Below the pieces are notes generated by a model. It worked only from the letters and a program-made list of their open reading frames with translations, was not told the origin of the DNA and did no database searches. The position numbers were made by a program, and so were the translations under genes. 64,000 nucleotides of DNA from Terriglobia bacterium (GTDB taxonomy: Bacteria; Acidobacteriota; Terriglobia; 20CM-2-55-15), in the NCBI GenBank assembly GCA_963664115.2, contig CAXWPJ010000012.1, positions 192,001 to 256,000 on the forward strand, given 5' to 3'. Shown here piece after piece: positions 57,800-64,000 of this stretch. Numbering within the stretch: position 1 is the stretch's first letter; each line of letters begins with the position of its first letter.

Positions 57800-58141
57800 G
57801 TGGGTTTCCGGCTGCGGAGTCTTGAGGATTGGTCTCGCATGCTCGGGTCGTCCAAAACCCGGACTGTCCTCGTATTCAAGCACAGCACGATCTGCGGCAT
57901 CAGTTCCAGCGTCCTTGCCGAAGTCGAGGGGTTTCTGTCGCAACATCGGAACGTTCCATTCGGCATCGTAAATGTTGTCGAGGATCGAGACCTATCCGAT
58001 GTAATCGCAGATCGCACCCGAATACGCCACGAATCACCCCAGATGATAGCCATCGTTAACGAACGACCGATCTGGCACGCCGCCCACTGGTCAATCGACC
58101 TCAACGAACTCGAACGGTTCCTCGCCAACACGGCGGAGTGA
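57800..58141 (+). CDS. brxC: Monothiol bacilliredoxin BrxC/YtxJ family
   Basis: FKHSTICGIS, R.LSD.IA...IRHESPQ, WHAAH. Confidence 0.88.
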   Translation: MGFRLRSLEDWSRMLGSSKTRTVLVFKHSTICGISSSVLAEVEGFLSQHRNVPFGIVNVVEDRDLSDVIADRTRIRHESPQMIAIVNERPIWHAAHWSIDLNELERFLANTAE

Positions 58142-58221
58142 CGCACCCGGTAGGCAAGTCCTGAATCTCCTGGCCAAAACGCGGTGAGCACTGTGGAAGA
58201 AATAACTGAAGGGTCTCGATA

Positions 58222-60252
58222 ATGGCCGGTCCCCGTTTTACAAATCACCTCGCCGCCGAATCCAGCCCCTACCTCTTGCAGCACGCCCATAATCCCGTGA
58301 ACTGGTTCCCGTGGGGCGAGGCTGCGCTGCGAAAAGCAAAAGAAGAAGACAAACCAATTCTCCTCAGCATCGGATATTCGGCCTGTCACTGGTGTCACGT
58401 GATGGAACACGAATCGTTCGAAGAAACCTCCATTGCCGAGCAGATGAATAATAATTTCATCAATATCAAGGTCGACCGGGAAGAGCGGCCCGATCTGGAT
58501 CAGATTTACATGAGCGCCGTCCAGTTGATGACCGGGAGCGGTGGCTGGCCACTCACGATCTTCCTGACGCCCGATGCCAAGCCCTTCTATGGAGGCACCT
58601 ATTTCCCCCCTGACGACCACTACAACAGACCCGGATTCCGGCGAGTTCTCGCCACGATCTCAGAGGCCTACCGGGAGCGGCGAAACGAGGTCGTCAAGAA
58701 CGCGCAGACACTCATTGAACAGATAAACTCACAGTCCGCCCGCGCCGACACCAACGGCCAGATCGACCTGGAACTTATTGAGCAGGCCCAGAGGGGAATC
58801 GCTTCGAACTTCGACACAAACCATGGGGGCTTCGGCTCCGCACCAAAGTTCCCGCCGGGTATGACAATCGATTTCCTCCTGCGTCATCATCACAGAACGG
58901 ATAACGAGACCTCTCTTCGTATGGCCAACCTCACTCTCCACAAAATGGCTTTTGGTGGGATCTACGATCAACTGGCCGGCGGATTCCACCGATACTCTAC
59001 CGACGAACGATGGCTCGCCCCGCACTTTGAAAAGATGCTCTATGACAACGCACTATTGGGCCGCGTTTACATCGATGCCTTTCAGGTCACCGGCTTGCCT
59101 CTTTATCAAAGGATAGTCGAAGGAACTCTCGATTTCGTGGTACGCGAGATGCGGGCGCCTGAAGGCGGCTTCTACTCAACTCTTGACGCGGACAGTGAGG
59201 GTGTTGAAGGAAAGTTCTACGTGTGGGATCAAGACGAATTCGAGGACGTTGTGGGCCCGAACGCGGACATCCTCGCCCGATATCTCGATGTCACCGAACA
59301 CGGCAACTTCGAAGGGCACAATATCCTGAACGTTCCACTCTTCCCCGATGCTTTTGCAAAAGCTGAAGGTATCTCTTCCGAGCGGCTGGGGGAATGGATG
59401 AACGACGCCCGCCTAGGCCTGCTGGAACGTCGCGAAACACGTGTGCGGCCCGGTCGGGACGAAAAGATTCTGACCGACTGGAACGGGTTGATGCTGCGAA
59501 CCTACGCAGATGCGGCAGCGTGTTTTGCCCGCGCCGACTATCAGCAGGTCGCGGAATCGAACGCTGAATTCATGCTTTCAGTAATGTGGGACGGCAAGGG
59601 ACTCCTGCATTCGTTCAAGGACGGTGAAGCTCGATTCAACGCTTACCTCGACGACTATGCCAATTTGGCCCACGGCCTGCTCGGACTCTATGAACTGACC
59701 TTCGAACAACGGTGGCTCCAGGAATGCGTTCAGCTGATGGAACATACGATTGACAATTTCTGGGATGAACAACACGGAGGTTTCTTCTTTACCAGCAACG
59801 ATCATGAGGCCCTGGTGGCCCGTACGAAAGAATACTTCGACAACGCGACACCCTCTGGAAATTCGGTAGCCGCTGATCTGCTGGCACGCCTCGGCAAACT
59901 TCTGGACCGACCCGATTTCACGGACAAATCGGAACGAATTTGCCAGAGCGTCAGCGATTATATTCGCCGGTTTCCTTCCGGATTCGGGAGAATGCTCGCC
60001 GCAGGCGACTTCCTGACGGGCCCGTCGCAGGAAGTGGCTCTCATTGGACAACCCGATGCTTTCTTACCGGCACTGAGAAGGCTCTACCTTCCTCGAACCG
60101 TCGTCGCTGCAGGCGATTCGGACAACATCGCGCTGCTCAAGAACCGGGAGGCTGTCGATGGCAAGCCTACGGCGTATGTGTGTAAAAACTACGTGTGCAA
60201 CGAACCGACCACGGAAGCATCGGTTTTTGAAAACCTTCTCAAAAAGCCGTGA
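58222..60252 (+). CDS. Thioredoxin-domain protein YyaL/SSP411
   Basis: [46 protein letters not shown]. Confidence 0.95.
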   Translation: MAGPRFTNHLAAESSPYLLQHAHNPVNWFPWGEAALRKAKEEDKPILLSIGYSACHWCHVMEHESFEETSIAEQMNNNFINIKVDREERPDLDQIYMSAVQLMTGSGGWPLTIFLTPDAKPFYGGTYFPPDDHYNRPGFRRVLATISEAYRERRNEVVKNAQTLIEQINSQSARADTNGQIDLELIEQAQRGIASNFDTNHGGFGSAPKFPPGMTIDFLLRHHHRTDNETSLRMANLTLHKMAFGGIYDQLAGGFHRYSTDERWLAPHFEKMLYDNALLGRVYIDAFQVTGLPLYQRIVEGTLDFVVREMRAPEGGFYSTLDADSEGVEGKFYVWDQDEFEDVVGPNADILARYLDVTEHGNFEGHNILNVPLFPDAFAKAEGISSERLGEWMNDARLGLLERRETRVRPGRDEKILTDWNGLMLRTYADAAACFARADYQQVAESNAEFMLSVMWDGKGLLHSFKDGEARFNAYLDDYANLAHGLLGLYELTFEQRWLQECVQLMEHTIDNFWDEQHGGFFFTSNDHEALVARTKEYFDNATPSGNSVAADLLARLGKLLDRPDFTDKSERICQSVSDYIRRFPSGFGRMLAAGDFLTGPSQEVALIGQPDAFLPALRRLYLPRTVVAAGDSDNIALLKNREAVDGKPTAYVCKNYVCNEPTTEASVFENLLKKP

Positions 60253-60581
60253 CGTGGAACGATTTCATGGACCGAATGCGTCGCGCGGGCCTCAACCCGT
60301 ATGAAGAAGACTTCATGGACGACTACGGCACACTGGCAAGTCGCAAGTACGCCGTGCTCGAAGGGCGCTATTTTCGATGCATGTTTGCGGCGACGCGAGT
60401 CGAGGGATTCCGTTTCGAGACCTACGTCTTTCCGTCCGCGACGGACGCAAACGAATTTAAAGAATTGATGGCAGAAAATACACAATGGCGGCGGCGTGGC
60501 AATCTAGTCTTGCACGGAGCACCGGAACATCTGGACCAGCTCGACAAGGTTCTTCCACAGACCTTCAGCAGCGAATATTGA
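60249..60581 (+). CDS. Hypothetical protein
   Basis: 110 aa, GTGA-coupled to yyaL, protein-like composition. Confidence 0.6.
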   Translation: MTWNDFMDRMRRAGLNPYEEDFMDDYGTLASRKYAVLEGRYFRCMFAATRVEGFRFETYVFPSATDANEFKELMAENTQWRRRGNLVLHGAPEHLDQLDKVLPQTFSSEY

Positions 60582-60643
60582 CCTCTATCAACAAAGTCGG
60601 ACTGATTCGTGTGGCACGGGCCATCAAAACAGATGCTCGGATT

Positions 60644-61867
60644 TTATTCGGCGAATTCGATACGATTTTCAGTGACCTGTCCCAAGGTCTCAAGACGGAA
60701 CTGGGGGCCCCGGATAAAGCGTGAAAAATCGTCCCGTAGGTCTGCGGCGATGGGTTTCGGCGGGTCCGCACGTACGGTCCTGGGATCGATTACACGACTG
60801 TTAACGGTCATCCGGTAATCGAGGTGTGGGCCAGTCGCCGTGCCGGTCATTCCGACACGTCCGATCGTATCTTTCTGTACCACCCGCTCCCCCACGCTTA
60901 CCGCAATCGAAGACAGATGGGCGTATGAGGTCGTCATCCCGTTTGGATGACGGAGCGTTACCATGCGACCGAAACCACCATTCGTCCCGGCAAAAATTAC
61001 GGTACCGGTCGACACCGCCCACACGGGTGTTCCTGTGGGTGCAGCGTAGTCGACCCCAAGATGAGGCCGGACGGTGTTGTAAATCGGGTGGAGCCGGTTA
61101 TAGCTGAATCCCGAGCTAATACGGGTAAATTGCAATGGCGACGGAAGCAGAGAGCGTCGAGCGCTCATACCATTCTCGTCGTAATACTCCTCGCGGAACC
61201 GGTAAGCCTGCATGGGCTTTCCCTTGTTCACGAATTCCGCTGCAACCACGGGACCGTATTTCACAAATTGACCGTCGTGATATTTCGCATCGACAATCAA
61301 GCGGATGGCATCACCGGAACGAAGGTCTTTGTAGAAGTCGACCTGTGCCTCGAAGATGCTAGCCAGCTCCATAACCAGCCAGTCTCCCTTAGGAAAGCCT
61401 TCCAGAGCGCCCCAAAGAGAACTGACAACCGTCGCGGATATCGTGTCAGTCCGGGTTTCGAGCGGCAATGCCTCAACTCTGGCAATGAACCCATCGTCGT
61501 TTCGCACAACCTTGAGTACGCTCTCGTCGTCAACGGAATACTCGAACGTCAGGAGGTCGCCATCGGGTTCCACCAGCAAGCGGTATGAACGTCCCGGCCG
61601 AAAACTCCGAACGTTGAAGACGGAACCTACGGCCTCACCGATGGCGTAAGACACCGCGTGTGATACATCGTGTCCGACAAGAGTGGTCGAAAGAGTCTCG
61701 TTACGCTCGAACATTCCCTCGACGAATACGGGAGGTGGAGGGATCGCTTCTCTCACCGACGCTGCCTCGGCCAGCAGCTCGACTTCCAGGTTGCGTGGCA
61801 CCGCAACCACGACGACGGCTAAGAAAAGGACCCAAACGCAGCCCACGTGACACTTGTAAACACCCAT
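60644..61867 (-). CDS. M23 peptidoglycan DD-endopeptidase (MepM/OapA-like)
   Basis: HLGVDYAAPTGTP, YAHLS, TGPHLDY; start approximate. Confidence 0.92.
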   Translation of the reverse strand: MGVYKCHVGCVWVLFLAVVVVAVPRNLEVELLAEAASVREAIPPPPVFVEGMFERNETLSTTLVGHDVSHAVSYAIGEAVGSVFNVRSFRPGRSYRLLVEPDGDLLTFEYSVDDESVLKVVRNDDGFIARVEALPLETRTDTISATVVSSLWGALEGFPKGDWLVMELASIFEAQVDFYKDLRSGDAIRLIVDAKYHDGQFVKYGPVVAAEFVNKGKPMQAYRFREEYYDENGMSARRSLLPSPLQFTRISSGFSYNRLHPIYNTVRPHLGVDYAAPTGTPVWAVSTGTVIFAGTNGGFGRMVTLRHPNGMTTSYAHLSSIAVSVGERVVQKDTIGRVGMTGTATGPHLDYRMTVNSRVIDPRTVRADPPKPIAADLRDDFSRFIRGPQFRLETLGQVTENRIEFAE

Positions 61868-61892
61868 CCGTTCTCCAGGCGAAAGGTCTTTC

Positions 61893-61939
61893 AAAAAAAA
61901 AGCCTGATCTCGAAACCCTCAGGGTTCCCAGTGTCAGGC
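61893..61939 (-). terminator. Intrinsic terminator in the 5' leader of the M23 gene
   Basis: The minus strand reads GCCTGA-cactgggaaccctgagggtttcgaga-TCAGGC-T9. Confidence 0.65.
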
Positions 61940-62270
61940 GCTACCAAATCGTCACAAAAAGACGACGACGCATATTTTACACCTTTCCACAAAAATGTGA
62001 ACACTTATAAGTCGTGTCCTTGAGGGGGGATACTCCGTTTTCAGATATCGGAAGTCGTAGTCAGTTGAAAGAGATGGGGCGACAACTAACCTGTATCACG
62101 CGAAAGTTAAGACGCTTGGAAGCCTTTCTGAATCAATTAACGACCGCGGGCCCGCGACGTCCAACACATCGTCAGCCCGATGTGTACGCCACAGAAGTAA
62201 GGAATTTTTCCTTGCAATTGTGCCCCCAACGGTTATTCAATCTTACATATCGATTTGGAGGGATGATCAA

Positions 62271-62567
62271 TTGAGGAACGGCATTGTCTCCGCACTGATG
62301 CTCGCGACCGCTTGCGGTTTGATTTGTACGCCTGCGATCCTCGCCGGGATGCAGGAGACCGAACAGGCCGAACAAGCAGAGCCGGCCAACGAACGCGCGA
62401 TCGATCCGGTTTGCAACATCGCCGTACGGCGAGACCCCGATTTATCGGCTGAATACCAAGGGAAGACCTACTACTTCTGCATGAAGGCCGACATGGAAGC
62501 TTTCAAGAAAGATCCGGATAAATACCTCGAGGGCAGTGACCACACCCATCCCGACCCTTCGGGATAA
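62271..62567 (+). CDS. Exported YHS-domain protein
   Basis: Signal peptide, DPVC...EYQGKTYYFC...F..DP.KY, C-terminal HTH residues. Confidence 0.8.
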   Translation: MRNGIVSALMLATACGLICTPAILAGMQETEQAEQAEPANERAIDPVCNIAVRRDPDLSAEYQGKTYYFCMKADMEAFKKDPDKYLEGSDHTHPDPSG

Positions 62568-62570
62568 TCC

Positions 62571-63845
62571 TTATATTCCCCGCCGCGTACCCGTCTCTTC
62601 CGAGCCCATCTCTGCCGGACCTGTCTTGATCGATGTGCCCGGGTAGTAGTGCTCGAGAATCTCTTCATAAGAAAAGCCACCAAGGGCCATCACTCCAGCG
62701 CCAATTTGACACAGTCCCACTCCGTGCCCCCATCCGGCACCGATGAGGGTTATCCCTCCCGGGTTTCGGTCCACGACGAAAGCAGAACTGTACAGGTGTG
62801 AGGGTGATAACACGCGACGGATTTCGAGCTCCTTTCCGATATTCAGCGCACCGGCGCTGCCTTCGATCCTGAGCCGGACAATCCGTCCGGACGCACCCCT
62901 CTCCAGAGCCGTCAGTTTGAGCTTCCCTCCCACATCAACACCGGTACGGGTGTGCACGAGTTCGGCCAGTTCGCTGAAAGAATAGTCGACCCGCCAACGA
63001 TAGAAATCGATGGTCTCCTGATCGAATCCGGGAAGAATCCGAGCAAGCAAATCGGGATCCCGGGTGTTGCAGTACGCATCCGGTCGCGCACGAATCCAGT
63101 CGGGGTCGACATCGGGAATGCTTCCCAGCCCGTCAAATACTGGTGTCAGGTACGGCACCGCACGATCGTCCCACGCCGACCTATAATCTTCGCTTACACC
63201 CCCACAGCATTTTGAAAAGCGTGCGTCACACACGTCTCCGTCAAAGAACAAAAACCGTCCCGCTGTTTCGCGAACCGCCCGATGTGTGGCTTCAGATTTG
63301 TCAGAATCAAACCCCTGGTAACGTTGGCAGTGGTCGTCCCCGCAGACGTCGAATCGGTCGTGTGACTCCTTGCCGTACCAGCATAAGATTTCCCACTCGG
63401 CGGGACCGGTCCGTTTTTGGGAACGAAACGCCTGACCGCGATCGCTATAACGAATCTGAGATAGGAGCCAGCTTCTCGAAATCACCGCATGCGCCTTCAG
63501 CAGCTCCGGAGGACTGTTCGCGCTCATCTCGGACGCAATCACGCTCTCAACGTATGCATCGAGTTCCACATCATTGATAAGCGTCAGGCCATCGGCGGTC
63601 TCCACAATGCGTAATCCTCCCCGAAACCCCTGACGCTGCTGACGCTGCCAATGAAAGCCGACTCCGATGGTCACGTCGTCAACCGTAAAGGAATCAGTTT
63701 CCGGATCCGACGGGTTCAGATCGATCGCCGTATTGAAATCGTATGCGCCCGGGGCGTAGGTTTGACCGGACGCACTCTTGAATGCGCCGCTGAGCGCAAC
63801 GCGATATGCGGAACGTCCTTCAACGAGTCCAACCGCTATGTTCAC
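62571..63845 (-). CDS. SpoIID/LytB domain lytic transglycosylase
   Basis: YVESVIASEM, LKAHAVISRS, FDVCGDDHCQRYQG, GWGHGVGLCQIGA, ILEHYYPG; start approximate (GTG 63845). Confidence 0.92.
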   Translation of the reverse strand: MNIAVGLVEGRSAYRVALSGAFKSASGQTYAPGAYDFNTAIDLNPSDPETDSFTVDDVTIGVGFHWQRQQRQGFRGGLRIVETADGLTLINDVELDAYVESVIASEMSANSPPELLKAHAVISRSWLLSQIRYSDRGQAFRSQKRTGPAEWEILCWYGKESHDRFDVCGDDHCQRYQGFDSDKSEATHRAVRETAGRFLFFDGDVCDARFSKCCGGVSEDYRSAWDDRAVPYLTPVFDGLGSIPDVDPDWIRARPDAYCNTRDPDLLARILPGFDQETIDFYRWRVDYSFSELAELVHTRTGVDVGGKLKLTALERGASGRIVRLRIEGSAGALNIGKELEIRRVLSPSHLYSSAFVVDRNPGGITLIGAGWGHGVGLCQIGAGVMALGGFSYEEILEHYYPGTSIKTGPAEMGSEETGTRRGI

Positions 63846-64000
63846 ACCAGCCTCAATGTGTGAGCAATGCCTTCCACGGTTTGCGCTTCCAGTGATACTT
63901 CCCCAAAAACCTCCTGAATGTCCGCGGCTGTGATCTTTTCGAGATCGGACTCCACGGGAAGCACGACCACACCGCACATGTCGATCGCACCAGGAGTCCA

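Overview
Bacterial chromosomal window (about 58% GC), gene-dense and mostly housekeeping. The gene neighbourhoods (SMP-30/IPT protein-cinA-thpR-gpsA-ftsY-rib, two MoxR/DUF58 operons, YtxH) suggest an Acidobacteriota-like organism; this is an inference, not a database result. Contents in order: partial ferredoxin-NADP reductase and a P450; a large amino-acid biosynthesis block (tetR-leuA-leuB-ilvD-ilvB-ilvN-ilvC-ilvA-pheA on the minus strand, divergent leuCD, then proBA); MoxR-DUF58-transglutaminase-rimO-yacG-pgpA-cinA-thpR-gpsA-ftsY; ribD-ribE-ribBA; a second MoxR/vWA operon; envelope and stress genes; uvrC; a CHASE2 adenylate cyclase with a FecR protein; redox proteins; an M23 peptidase and SpoIID. 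No rRNA, tRNA, CRISPR array, transposase or integrase was recognised. Signals the ORF track misses: (1) a probable selenoprotein peroxiredoxin (in-frame TGA in a W-U-P-N-S active site followed by a SECIS-like hairpin); (2) a PaaR/KstR2-type TetR with a PaaR-like operator at the divergent ilv-leu promoters, alongside degenerate ACT feedback domains in IlvN and PheA; (3) a poly-G frameshift in the FecR protein; (4) a monoheme cytochrome fused to a beta-barrel; (5) intergenic long inverted repeats built from 8-9-nt periodic units; (6) an unassigned structured RNA candidate between proB and moxR; (7) a leader terminator ahead of the M23 gene. All family calls come from motif recognition only.
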